From Sphagnum compactum (taxonomy: Eukaryota): a DNA stretch of 64,000 nucleotides. The notes beneath the pieces are model-generated. The model was not told the DNA's origin, ran no database searches, and saw only the letters and a program-made list of their open reading frames with translations. This document shows, piece by piece, positions 24,558-37,800 of the stretch; the first letter of the stretch is position 1; each line of letters starts with the position of its first letter. The position numbers and the translations under genes are program-made. The DNA lies in assembly GCA_965153455.1 (NCBI GenBank), contig OZ234493.1:30060213-30124212 (forward strand), read 5' to 3'.

Positions 24558-26485
24558 ATGTCAGGAGCAACTTTGGCAGCTGGGCCAAGAGTCCCAAAGG
24601 CTGGCAAGGAAAGTCATGGAGGGAAGTTCACGGAGAGAGCTGGGGACACCGCAGGAATGGGAGGGGTGATGGGCTCGCTCAGAGTGGTGGAGCTACAGCT
24701 GGTAGCTTTCATAGTGGTGTTTTCAGCTAGTGGTCTAGTTCCAGTGGTGGATCTTCTCTTTCCAGTCTTCATATCGATCTATGCATTCCTACTCAACAGC
24801 ACGGTGTTCACCAGCTATGGCAAGCCAGAGGCACTGCAGGTCTTCAAAGGCAACAGACTTTTCCAGATGTACATAATCTTCGGAACCATCATAGGCTTGT
24901 TTTTGCCGCTAGCTTATGTACTGGGAGGTTTTGCGAGGGGTGATCAGACGGCAGTCAGAGCGGCAACACCGCATCTGTTTCTGCTGTCGTTCCAAGTGCT
25001 GAGCGAGAATTTAATCAGCGGACTCAGTATCTTTTCGCTGCCTGTGCGTGCTCTACTACCCATTCTGTACAGCATGAGGAGGCTCTTCTCTCTCAATGGA
25101 TGGATCACCTCCACTTTCTTCCTTGCAAAACTGCCCCCTAATCCCAATTTCCAGGTATGAATCATCCTTCTTCTTGGCCTCTATAGAATGTCTGTTCCCA
25201 CAAAGTCATAAAGTTTTCTTGAAATTCCCCGCGAGTTCTGTAAGTGCGCATGCACATACACTAAAAATCTGGGCGGAGGTTTATTCCGATCGACTGTCGG
25301 GGAGTTGTATTCCCAAACAGAACTCAAGAAGGAACAGAACTCCCAAACAGAACTCAAGAAGAAACAGAACACCGAGCAAGAGGGACCTTACACCTGGGAC
25401 CTTATACCTATGAGTAGGGGTAAGGTCTATTGCACTCTTATAGAGTAGGTGTAAGATCCCTCCTTTCTTTTCTAATAGGGGTATATGCCTGGTATATAGA
25501 CGGGTATGAGACTGATATTATCTCAAAGTCCCTATCTCAAGCTGGTACTGGTATTAAGCTGGTACCAGACTTAGGTCACACTGGACTGGTCTGGTATTTG
25601 ATACCAGTGTTCATGCCAGTACTGATACCCGTCTCTGGTACCCTATATACCCGACCAACAATGACAGTAATAATTACTGTGGGTTAGGAGGTAGGGAATG
25701 TCAGTGGTTTCTGGTTTGGTAAAGACTAAAGACACTTGACGGTTACTAGGTAGGTAGCTGGATGTGGATGGTTAGTAGTTTGTACATAGCTAACCACCAT
25801 GCGACTGGAATACAATGAAAAAGTGTTTCCTGTTCACACCTCATCCATCTTGCATGGTGGTTTGAGGCATGTCTCATCGCCACCTGGTGCAGACTTGGTT
25901 CACCACTTGGCTTTCTTTCTAAGTTTATAACCGTCCCAGGTGTCCCACGTGTCACTTTAGCAGCAAATGACTGGTCCTCTGGTGGCCAGTGAACACAATT
26001 GCCAAGTAGGTGTGCAGCAGGGTTTTTGTACTCAATTTTGTGATGTTGCCAAACTGGCGATCAACCACAAGAAGATTTTAGCTAAATTTGGCTATAGATT
26101 TACGTGAAATTTGGCTATCTTTGTGTGTGCTAGACATTATTTTCTTGGGCGAGGTTTTTTTTCATAGGGCAGCAGATGTGGGCAGGAACTAAAATATTTT
26201 CGTTGGGCATAATATTTGGGCAGGGACTAAAATCTTTTTTGTGTGTGACAATTTGTTGGGTAGGATGAAGCATGGATGTGGTTCGGACGGGCTTTGGCAG
26301 CTTCAAATGCAATCTATTACACCATAAACTTGTTTGCATTTCTAATTCCCATGTTTTTGCCCAGGGCATTTGAGCGCTACTTTGAAGAGAGAGATAGGCA
26401 CTTAGCCGAGCATCCTCCCAAGGACAAGCAAGCTAATCAACCTTTCCCTACCCCTTCTGCCCCTACAGACAAGAAAGAACACTAA
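24558..26485 (+). CDS. Uncharacterised plant multi-pass membrane protein (272 aa, 2 exons)
   Basis: Exons 24558-25154 and 26264-26485 joined by a phase-0 GT-AG intron. GGVMGSLRVVELQLVAFIVVFSASGLVP, LAYVLGGFARGD and FLIPMFLPRAFERY recall a conserved land-plant family (At5g52420-like, from memory). Confidence 0.88.
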
Positions 26486-29319
26486 AATCTGAATCCAGAA
26501 CTAAGAATCCTGATCCCAAATTGGGGTTAGAAGAAACACAGATAATGGATGAGAAACACAGATAGTGGATGGATGGATGGGGATGGATGGATGTTTTGTG
26601 CAGATATATTTCTTTGTGAAGGGTTTATCAAGTTGTCATCCTTGGGAGGATAGAGGGAAACTTTGGGATTACTGTACAAAGTGAAGCATTTTGGAGTGAA
26701 CACATTTTGGCTGAAGATTTGGCATTTGATGTCTCAAAATTACATATCATTGCTTATATCTTGTATTTTGTATGATTTAATTTTTGCTAAATTTCATGTT
26801 ACATGTCAAATTTGAAATTATGTGTCTATTGAATTTTGTTGAACTATGTCCATTGAATCTTTAGCAAAAGAGCTCAACAATCTTATTTTGAAATTGTTTT
26901 TGAAATTATCTATCGTCTAAATTGTAATTATATTCAGAAATATATGGTTTTTATTTGTAATTTGAAACTAAGATGATGATGATTTAGCTTTTTGGTTTTT
27001 AAAGCCTTTTTTTCCATATATTGAAGTGCATATGTTAATTGAACCTAGTTGGTAGCCATACAATAGTTGTAATATGCAATAATATCTTTTGTAAGTTTTA
27101 CAACGTTTGGTCTTTGGATCTCAATGTGTGCATTTGAATTCAATAGACATTATATTAGTAAAGATTATATATGTTAAAATTGTGATAAATCATTTGCATA
27201 TTTAAGTACAAATAATGTGCAAGAACCAATTTTTTTTTTCCATTTTTTTATTTCACAAAAGTGAAATTTTGATTTTAAAAATGTATTCAATTTTTTCTCT
27301 AAAAAGTAATTTCCCACAATAGCAAAATTCATCACAAAAAATCATTATTGACATAATTGTATTTGTAATATGTGGACAAGGTTGGAAGGTTAAACATGCA
27401 AGTAAACCATTGGAATGCATAAGCGATCAACCTTGTCTTTTAGAATACTTGTAGGTTACCACAACACCTTGCTCCACTTTGCATGTGTACCACATACATG
27501 CATGCAAATCGTGGCCTACATGCACAAATTTAAAAATAAACTCCTTCAACCTAAACATTAAACACTATTGATTGTTCAAACATATTCAAACCATGTATTT
27601 GAACAATCTCGTTAATGGGATTCAAATTCAATGGTAGGTGGGGGGCCCTTGGTGAGGAGAAGGCTCTATGTTGGGGAGTGCTTCGTGTTCCAAAACTATT
27701 GGTGGTGGGCCAATCAAATGGCTCCTTCTAAAATGAAAGAAAGAAAGACTAAACTAAACTAGTCAAACGAGTTCAATATGAACAAGAATTTACTAACAAA
27801 GTCCTTTAGATGGCATCGTAGTTGGGCTGGATTACTTGGGCCCAAGCTTAAATTGGGCTCAAACCCTAGAGAACAGCCATAGAAGGTGCATACGGAGAGA
27901 AGGAAAAATGGCCTTCCAAGGAGGAGCATGGCCTGCCTGCCGGCCTATAGGAATTGGCTTTGGGGATCCAAAAAAAATTCTAGTTCTGAAGCTCTCTGAA
28001 TGGAAATAGTAAAATTAACTAGTCTTTAACATCATCATCTAGTGCCGCTACTTTCTAGGAGTTAGGTGTGTGTGTCAATTTTACTTTTTATCTTCAAAAA
28101 AATGAATCTCCAAAACAATAAGAAACTCGACAGTTGAGAGGAGACGAAGTAGTAAGGGAACAACAGTTTGACAAAGGGGAGGATTGTAGGGATCGGAGCC
28201 ACATGTAATAGCAGATGAAAAAGAAAAAATTGGTGGAATTTTTTTCAATTAGGGTTAATTTTACTTTCCAGCCTTCACCCAATGTTTTGGTTTTTATTAG
28301 GGCTTTTGTTTCATTTTGAACTTGTGTTTGAATGTAACCCTTGGGATTTTAATGAGATTGACCACTGGATTGGAACATGTGGACATCAATATGTTAAAAA
28401 GAGCTTTGAACTTTTTGTAAGTTCTTTTCTCGAGGGTCTAAGTTCTCATGGAAGATGAAAAAGTAAAGTGGTTTCTTAAATGTGTGGGCTGAGAACTTGA
28501 AGATAAAGTTCCTGATTTAAGAGTTTGTCCCAAAAAAAGATTTTTTTTGTTTTTTTTATTCGATGTTGTACATAGTTATTGGAGTGGATTAGGATTTCTA
28601 TGAAGAGGGTATTTAGTATATCACAATTGCGTTTTTGAAAACTATTGCAAAATGTTACTTATCTTAGGCCCTCCAAGATTGGGAACAAAGAATGAAACCT
28701 ATAATGTTTTAACATTAGGATGTCTAAGTTGTGTTGAATCCAACACAATATTGATTGTTCCACTCGAACTTCTCGTGAAATTAAGGTTTGACTTTGGCAT
28801 AATGTTATAGCCAAGGACTCTCAAGCAATTTCCTATATTTATCCTTTTGATCCATTTAGTCTTCTATGGTTAGCTTTGTAGATTTAAGATTGCCCTATAA
28901 TAATAGGTAAGTTTTTAATAGGTGGGGCCTATGCTCCTATTATGCCTCTTTCCTCATGGGCACCAAACGTCCCATGTCTTTTAGTTCATCATGTCCCATC
29001 GAACCTTGTCCTTCCCATCACCCATTTGCTTTATCATGTGCCACCACATACCTAGTTTCCACCCTCATCTCCCATGTAGACCATGCACCTCCCATTGGTT
29101 CCCTTTCCCATTTTAACAAACCACACACCATCCATTAATTCCCCTTACCAACCCCCAACCCTTTTGTGTGAATGTGAAACCCTAATTCCACACTTTCCTA
29201 AACCCCCTTAATCATGCACATGTAAGACCTTTTCCCCTTTCCATTCTACCAGCCCCTCTAATTGCACATGATCAGACCCCCCAACCTACCTTCATTTCCT
29301 CAACACGTTTATAATTTCC

Positions 29320-32300
29320 ACCTAAAGTTTCTTGCCCCATTTGTTGGTGCCAATTTACCAATCGAAGGTTAATTTGTCATCAATGTTCTTGTCAAATACC
29401 CAATTCATCTAGTCCAAACCCCCATGACCATCTTGATTCAATACTTTCCTTTGTTTCCACCCTACTTACATTAGCTTGGACTTAGGTTTTGTTTTTATAT
29501 GTTTTCGGATCTTTTCATTTAGGCTTTCATCATCCTTGATTGTATAACAGCATCCTTGCCGTTCTATGACGTGATGTACAAGTGGTGTTTTGTTATCCAT
29601 TGGATGAACTAACATAAAACCCCTATGATGTGGCACTTGGCACTTATTCCTCTTATTACCCTATTGATGTTTTGCTTTACCCTTTTGTGACAGGGCAATG
29701 GGGCATAGGGAAACGTGGATTCGATTCAAGCACTTTCTAGCAAACGATTGGGAAAACTTGGATGAAGAGTTTTTTTTGTGAACTTAAATTTTGGCGACAA
29801 GTTCGAATTTAGTGTTTTCCCCAACATGATCCCCTAGCTCATAAATGTCTTCTTTGCAGTTTAGTTCTTAGATGTACAAGGGAATACTTTAGAGCAACCA
29901 ATAGCTTAGCACCATTTTCCTTTATAACCATGTCCTTTGACACCACTTCAGCTTTCACCACATTACACCTTGACTCAAAGGGCCACTTCCTGTTTTTCCT
30001 AAAAGACTACGAATTAGACCAAGATTTCGAACTTTCTTTTGATTATTTTAAACTACCATTCCAATGCATGCCCCATTTGTCGGCAAATGATATTTCTGGG
30101 ATGGTTTTTGAACACCTTCGAGATTGTTTTTACCCAAAAGATTCAGCTAGTGGATTCCCTCAATTATTTCAACTTTGTTATCATATTGTTAAAGGTCACA
30201 TTCCACCTCAAATTGCATGTGTCCTTGGCGCAACCCACCTTTTAGCCATGACCAAACCTTCAAGAAGAGTTTGTCCCATTGCAATGGGAAAGACACTATA
30301 TCAATTCATAAGTTGCACCTTATGCCTTCAATTTCGCGACACTTTTGCAACACATTTTTCCCCACACTAATTCGAAGTCGCAACTAAAAGCGGTTGTGAA
30401 ACAATAGTCCATTGCATAGGCACACCCTAGACCTTTACCTCGATTGGATTATTTTCCAGCTAGACGTGGTAAATGTTTTTAATTCGGTGTTAAGAGGGGT
30501 CATATTTCAAGAATTTCGTGAAGCAGGAGGAGACATCATGTAATTCATCCCCTTTGTTTGTGCATTTTATGCATTTTATGCATTTGAGTCTCCTCTATTT
30601 TACAACCATCGTAATTGTGAAGGTGATATTTTAGAAAGGGCACTATTTGCATCAACCCACTTTAGGGTTTTGAATTATACAATTAGTCATTTCCCTTCTT
30701 GTCTATTTCCATCCATTGTAGATGACGCTCACAACATAGGTCCCCCTTCTATTGTATCATTTGCATATGAACATTTCCAAATTGAACTTCGTGTAACAGG
30801 TTTTTTTATCCAACTTCATAAATGTATAGCATAATCACCCTAGAGCTTACCATCTAATTTCAACACCCCAGCTTAGTTTACCACCCCATCAGAAGGGATT
30901 AGAATTTTGGGAGTTCCATTGGGCACTTCATTATTCACATCATCCTTCATCAAAGATGCCATGTTAAAAGATGTTCGACATGTGGATCTTTTCCTTAAAA
31001 TGGGTGATGTTTAGGTAGCCTTTGGAATTTTAACTCATTGTTTCGTGCAACAACCTTCATATTTTTTACAATGTACACCTCCCTTGTCCACCTTCATAAA
31101 GTCCCTCACTTCTTTTGATTTTTCCTTCCTTTAAGTGTTTGGGCGCCTCTTAGGTCCAAGATCCTTTGACAACCCAGAAGGACCTTTAGCACATAAACAA
31201 GCTTCTCTCTTAATAACTTTCAATGGCATTGGGCTCATGTTAACGGCCACCATTGCCCAAGTAGCCTGTTTAAAGAATTGGGACCTTGTAGCTTCAATCA
31301 TAACTGTTAGGCTTATGGTTGATCAATGTCCTTTTGTTTTTGAAGCCTTAACATAAGTTGACAATAACACCTTCACTTTCCAGGAACACCTCAAGGCGGC
31401 ATGTGATTTCTTACTGCCCTTAATTTACATGTTTTCCTTCATTTGAATAACTCATCGGGCAGCAAATGATTTGATTTCAAAATTCCATTTTGAAGAGTTT
31501 GCACCATCATACCTTTTCCAACATACTTTCTGACGGGATATCTAAAACCCATTATGCCCAAATTCTATCATGTTCTGACTAGGGGCGAGTGTTTGGTTTA
31601 TAATTCAACCAATCTTCCCAAGCTTTTGACTAGCTTCCCAATCTTTTCCACAACGCTTCGAATATGACTTGGACTGCCCCATCCCTTAATTACAAGTATC
31701 CTTTTATGCATGTGCACACATCCCATTGACTTTATGGGTATCCACCTTTTACGTTGTGTTCATGGCAACGAGTGCACATGACCCATGATATAATTTGCAA
31801 CACCTTTGCTGCCATTTCGCGGGATGTTGATTTCCTCATGGGGTGAGAATAACTACATGTGCTTCCTTCAACATGTTCAATTTTTCCCAGTGATGAATCA
31901 AATTGTGCTCACCAAAGATGGCATTTCGCACCTTAGTCGATGTTGTCATTGTTGACCCAACACGAACATATTTACTTCCTCGATCTTGCACCACCCAAGG
32001 ATTTGTTGCTTCCGATTTGGCTCAAGCCAAAGAACGGAGCTATTGCGACCGACACCTTATTGATCAATTCCTCCCTTTAGTAGTGGAGGTGTTTGGATGT
32101 CTACATAAACATGTGGATGTGTTTTTACACAATTGTGCCAATGCCATTTGGAGTTTGAATGGACTAGAAGGCCTTCTTCTTTTTGTCTTGGCTACTTTTC
32201 TTTCGTAAAAAAAAATCAATCACATTGCAAAGGCTACAAGCATTCTCCATCTTAAGTCAGGCGGCAACCGTAGGCCTAGCTACTTCCTGACACCCCTTTA

Positions 32301-32330
32301 AAACACATCTCCCATTTCCACGACCGACTT
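29320..32330 (+). mobile_element. Decayed CRE-clade-like non-LTR retrotransposon (RT plus restriction-like endonuclease)
   Basis: N-terminal CPICWCQ...H zinc finger. RT motifs LLAMTKPSRRVCPIAMG, VATKSGCE, LDVVNVFNS, SIVDD and RILGVPLG. Zinc knuckle CMCTHPIDFMGIHLLRC. REL motifs DVVIVDP and FLPLVVEVFGCL. Many stops. Confidence 0.75.
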
Positions 32331-32689
32331 ATTGCGAACAATTGATTTTTGATATGAAAAAATACAACTGACCTACTATAAGCGGTTAGTTTTTGACATG
32401 GATAGGTTTTGACATTTAGTTTGAGCTAACTTGACATCATGTCTATCAAAAAGTTTTGCAAGGTTACATACAAACTAAATTGTAGATGCACCCAAGTCCC
32501 TAGCAAAAGGGTTGGTTATGTGAAGCTCAATCCAAAACTCTGAAACTTACTATTTGCTCAAAGGTTTCTTCTTCACACTTAAGCACAATCCTTTGGTAAC
32601 CACTTGTATTAACTACGTACGTTTGGATTAAAGACTGGATTGTTTGTGTGATTCATATTAATTAATGAATGGGTGCGGTCACACTTTGG

Positions 32690-33450
32690 TTCTTTGTTTT
32701 GAAGGAGTCACATTGATTGGCCCATCACCAATTTTTTTGGAACATTGGGCACTCCTCAAAAGAAGCATCTTTTTGGACCCCAATCGCAAAATAGAAACAA
32801 ATGTGCTCCCCTGTGACCTACCTTTTCAGTGTATGTACATGAGAGTTGAACTTTGGGCAAACCTTATGGGATAGAACTGAGTTGCTATTGGGAGCGTCTT
32901 GGGGAACAACTTGGGAATTTATTGAACATTTTGGGAACAAGTTTTTAAAAAAATCCTTTTCACCTAGAAAAGAAAATAATTGGACCCCTCATGTTAAGCC
33001 TTCTCATTGGCTACATGAACTTTAATTTTCAAAACTGTTTGTCACCATTTTTGGCCTGGGCTAGTGCCAGGGGCACAAGCTGGACTATGTTAGGGGGATG
33101 CATTCATAGGTTTTTTTTGGGGGGGTTTTGAAGGAGCCACTTTAATTGGCCTTATCACAGTTTCTTTAAAGCATTGGGTACTCCCCCAAAATAGAAGCGT
33201 AGAGGTGAGGTGCTTCCCTCTGGCCCACCTTTAGAGTCTATATACACGAAAATTCAACTTTGGCCAAAGCATATGAGATAAAAGTGTGGTACTATTGGGA
33301 ACATTTTGAGGAACACATTGGGAATAGCCCAAAAATAGCAATGAATCTCTCCCCTCCCCCGCCCAAAAAAAAACCCAAAAGAAAAAAATTAAATGGGTCC
33401 TTGTATGCATGTTAAGCCATCTCATTGACCGCATGAAAACATTATGATCC
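32690..33450 (+). repeat. Two tandem copies of a dispersed ~350-400-bp repeat
   Basis: TTGGCCCATCAC...CATTGGGCACTCC...AAAATAGAA...CTATTGGGA...AGCCTTCTCATTGG occurs twice. An inverted copy lies at ~52555-52940, with partials at ~27660-27760 and ~45500-45670. Confidence 0.75.
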
Positions 33451-33607
33451 AAAAACCGCAGCGTGAGTACCTACTAGGTACAACAATAAACTAAGGCATT
33501 CCAGCTAACTCCAGAAAATAATTTAAACCACCAATTCTAACAATCTCATTGGCCCCAAGCTTTTTTCTCACATTTTGAACTCAGAGACCCTGATTTATCT
33601 AGTCTAA

Positions 33608-33990
33608 GAGCGTCTCCAGCGGTGCTCAGTATGTGATCGTGCACAGTAGAATTGGATGAAGAAAACTGAAAATGTGCCGGTTTGGCTCAAGAAAATGGTT
33701 TTGGGTCGGCGTAATTACACAGTTTGCGGTGGCTGGTACAAGGCACAGCAACACTGCACATGGAGAAAAGAGTGTAATAAATATGATCTGACTGCTCAGT
33801 GTTTTTGAGTGTTTTTGATTGGCCCATCGTAATGATTGGTCCAAGTGGTTTGCTATCAATAGTCCCCCCACCTATTTGCTGTCCCAGTTTCACTTTTATG
33901 GGTGGGGTCGCAAAAAAGTAAATAACTAAACTTGGATGTGAAAAATATTTTTGCAGGGTCACGTTATAATGAGCAAGGCTGGAGTTACTC
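33608..33990. mobile_element. Tourist-like (PIF/Harbinger) MITE
   Basis: Ends GAGCGTCTCCAGC and GCTGGAGTTACTC with TAA on both sides. Homologous copies at 53434-53789 and ~52343-52545. Confidence 0.8.
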
Positions 33991-34217
33991 TAAGTAGTGG
34001 ATGTTTGTAATATTTAGAAAAAATTTAATGCATTAAAAAGATATCAACTTTCATCCATCTCCATGTTTGTAAACACACGTGCTCATGGTGTGAGGTACGG
34101 GGCGCCGGCAAAGGGAACCTTCTGGCTGAACAGGCGGTATACAGTCGACCCCCTGGTTCGAAGGGTCACATTTTCCACCCAGAACGAGCTCTGGAATCCG
34201 CACCCCCTTATGGGTAT

Positions 34218-34361
34218 CCAATCTTGACCGTCGGCTGCGAACATTGATCAATCTTCACCTCCGGCTACGAACATTGATCCAATCTTCACCGTCGGCTGTG
34301 ATCATTGATCCAATCTTTACCGTCGGCTGCGAACATTGATCCAATCTTCACCGTTGGCAGC
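34218..34361. repeat. 31-bp tandem array (~4.6 copies) upstream of the HESO1-like gene
   Basis: Unit CCAATCTTCACCGTCGGCTGCGAACATTGAT. Confidence 0.9.
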
Positions 34362-34891
34362 TTCGGAAACGAGGAAATCGTAAGAAGAGAGAGCAAAAGC
34401 CCCTGCACGGGTATATGGGAAGGAAGCGCGCTCCTTGCAAAACACTATCAAGGCAAGGCCAAAAGGAAAAGAAAAAGCATCAGCAGCGTGCACGCCAAGG
34501 AGGCGGAGCGATGGCGCTTCTTCCAGTGGTACTCGATCGTCTCTCTTCGCATTCTCTTCGCTCCTGTTTTACTCGTCTGAATGCTTTTTACAGAAATTGT
34601 GACTGCTGGGAAAAATATTTGAATTTTTTCCTTTAAAAATCTATTTTTGGAAGGTTTGTTATGTTGGAAACTGGTTCGTATTCAGGGAAAGTTTTGCAGA
34701 CGTTCTCGTGTTTACACAGAAGGAAGAAACAGTTTTTTTCCTTTTTTGGTTTTCTGAAGCTTAATGATTGTTGCAGGGAGTTAGGGTTGAGGTTTTGTGG
34801 ATTTTAGAAGGAAGAGGAAGAAGGCGGTGTGGAAGGTGGACGCTTACTTGAAGTATGGCATCACTGGGACTGGTGAGGGAGAAGCTGTGCA

Positions 34892-37800
34892 ATGGATGAT
34901 GTCACCGCGGCAGTGCGAATTCCGGGTGAGTGAGTGCTTTCTTTGTGTAATTTTTTCCAAGTTTTGCATACCTATCTGCGATTACATTCTCGTTTTGAAG
35001 CGCTAAATGTATGCAGACAGTGAGCAAAGCTTCTGAGACCGAGAAGAGAAGAGTTTCGGGGCAAAAAAAAGGGACAGTTTTAATGTTACAATTTTGAGAC
35101 TGGAATTGCCGAGAAATAGAAAGTGTCTTATTTAGTTCGTTGCACTGGGGATGGAAACTGGTCAAGGGTTGGAAACTTGAAAGTAGGGTCCTTCAGATTG
35201 TGTCTGGGTTTTGCAAGCTTTTTGCCTGAGTAGATATGTATATTCCAGTGAAAGTGAGAACAGGAGACAACGTTTTTTTGGGAACTTCGGTCAAGTTGAA
35301 AAACATGTCAAAATGCAGGAGGTGTTTTCTATTTCAAGTTATGCTGAAGCTTTATCTACTACAAGTCTCTCCATCCGCATATGTCTTAACACATGGATGG
35401 AGGGACTGAAAGTAAAGCATGCATCATTTGAGAGAAGGAATACAGTAATGAAACTCTGGGCAATGTTTTTTTGTGATTTGTTAAGCAGGTGATGAGGATG
35501 CTGGGTCTTCAAACAGGCCATTGCAGAGTAGTGATGAACTGGCTCAAGTAGTTTCTTGTGTTTCCAATCTCAAAGTGCATGAAGAGACTACAGAGAGGTT
35601 TTTTCTTCCTTCAGTAAGCAGACCTTCTCAAAGTAGAACTTGTTCAGATGGGATAGCAAAGAGTGGATACTTTCGTCCAAGTTTAGGAGGCAATATCAGC
35701 AATGCAGCCTTAAGAATCCATGAGGATACAGCGATCATTGCCTCAACGGATTCATCTCCTGCATCAAACATTAGTTTATCCACACAAATCCTGGGAAGCA
35801 TTTCAGCATCAATGATTGAGGACCTGGCAACTGAATCTCCTCCTGTGTTGCAAACTTTCCAAAGTGGCTCAGATTTTGCAACATTGAGTCGGCTTCCTAG
35901 GGCCACAGCAGACTCTTCGAGATCATGGAATCACACAAGGATAGGTCGGAGCAGCCATGGCAAGTCAAGGAGGCCAAGGTCAATGGATGGTCATTTTGAG
36001 GAGGCTGGATCTTCTTCAAGCAGCCATCTGCAGGGTATGTGGCTTCCCCCAGGAGAGGCAGTTGCTGGTATTGCCAAAACCTCCACATCACCATTGAAGG
36101 GGGATCCAAGTAAGTGCTGAGCCATTTGAAAAATTTGTGGCCCAATACCATTGGAGTTGTTGATGCAGTGGATTTACAGCACAAGGATTTACCTGTACAA
36201 CTGATGGTGTCAAATTGTAAACATGTGATGAAGTTGAGCATGTCTGCTTTGTATTCTTCCTGTGTAAGTGGCAGCAAATCCTGGAGCAGCCCACTCCCAG
36301 CATGTTGCTCAAGAGGCAGCTGAGATGGAGGCAAAATATCACAGTGTTTTCTTGGCTCCTGAGTGGAATGAGGATAGCATTCAGCCTCTGGAGTGGATGT
36401 TGAGAGATGTATATGGTGCTCTTCAGCCAACTGAAGAAGATTATTTCAGGAGGATTCATGTAATCCAGCGCCTCAGTAACCTTTTCCAGTCTCTTGAGGG
36501 TTGCAAAGGTATTGAAATGTACTCTAAGCTTGATATGTGAAGAATCTTGCTGAGTTGTGTACGTGCTTTTGACTGTGTACTTTGTTCTATCCCTTCTCAA
36601 TCAGGGTGGATGCTGCAAATGTATTCACAGGGGCAGATGTGATGCCTTTTGGTTCTTTTGAGTCCAACTTCTACACACCTTGGGGTGATTTGGACTTGTC
36701 CTTGGAGCTACCTGTTTTGGAGGATCAAGCCCCTGCTGTTCCAAAATCCAGAAAGGTGAAAATACTCCGGAGCATTGAGCGAGCATTACTAAAGTCAGGT
36801 ACGAGTGATCATCACATCTCAAGAAATTTCCTTCTGCCATATTGTTCTTGATGGTAATGTCCCTGACTTTTTACTTGTGTCATCAATCTACATGTTTGTG
36901 CATGATCTGTTCATAACCTTGTTCCCTACCAAAATATGATTGATTTTACAAAATGGTGGTATGCACAGGGGTAACTCGGAAGGTGCAACTGATAGGCCAT
37001 GCTCGTGTACCTCTTCTTATGTTTGTTGATGCTCAAGCAAACATTGCATGTGATGTGTCGGTTGATAATGGCAGCGCACTGTTCAAGTCACGTGTGCTGC
37101 GATGGATCACTGACATGGACCCAAGGTGCCGCTGCCTCATCTTTCTGGTGAGCTTCTCTTATGGTATCAATCAATCTGCAGGATCAGATCTTTACATCTG
37201 TAGGCATTTGCTTGTTGGTTCACTTCCATTTTGGAAACAGTGGCAACTTAATATGGTTTTGGTGCATAAATCCTTGATCTTGGACTCATGAAGCTAAGTT
37301 ACTTGTGGTTATTGCTGAGATGCAGATCAAATGCTGGGCTAAAGCACACTCCATCAACGATCCAAAGATGGGAACCTTGAACTCCTTCACCATATGTCTA
37401 CTTGTTGTCTTCCATCTCCAGGTTCTCACCTCTCAATTTGCACCTGTAAGCAAGGCAGCCTATGTAGTAATCTCTATCACTGTTTGTGATATCTGTAGCA
37501 CCCTGTATGGAAGAGCATGCCCTTTTGGCTAGCATGATATACAAGTCCATTCCTGCTTTACTTCAGGCTATGATGTCACTTTGATCTGAGTTGTTCTGTT
37601 TCGTTGTCCTCACAGACACTTGTTTGCTTGTGCCATCTGTGGCAATGGCTGCTGACCCTCACAGACACGAGCACCACCAATACTCCCCCCTTTCAAGGTC
37701 ATACTTGGTGATGGCAACTTGATGACAGCAGCAACAGGTTGGTGCAGTCAGATCTGGATTCATTTCTCTATTGATCATATACAGCAGCAATGTCACACAG

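Noticed and set aside
34218-34361. CRISPR-like array (also considered for 8919-9390 and 58130-58700)
   Set aside because: Units are head-to-tail without unique spacers, there are no cas genes, and the context is eukaryotic.
34415-34636. Basic 73-aa ORF (MGRKRAPCK...) as the first HESO1 coding exon
   Set aside because: I found no frame-consistent splice into the downstream exons. It is probably 5' UTR or a uORF.
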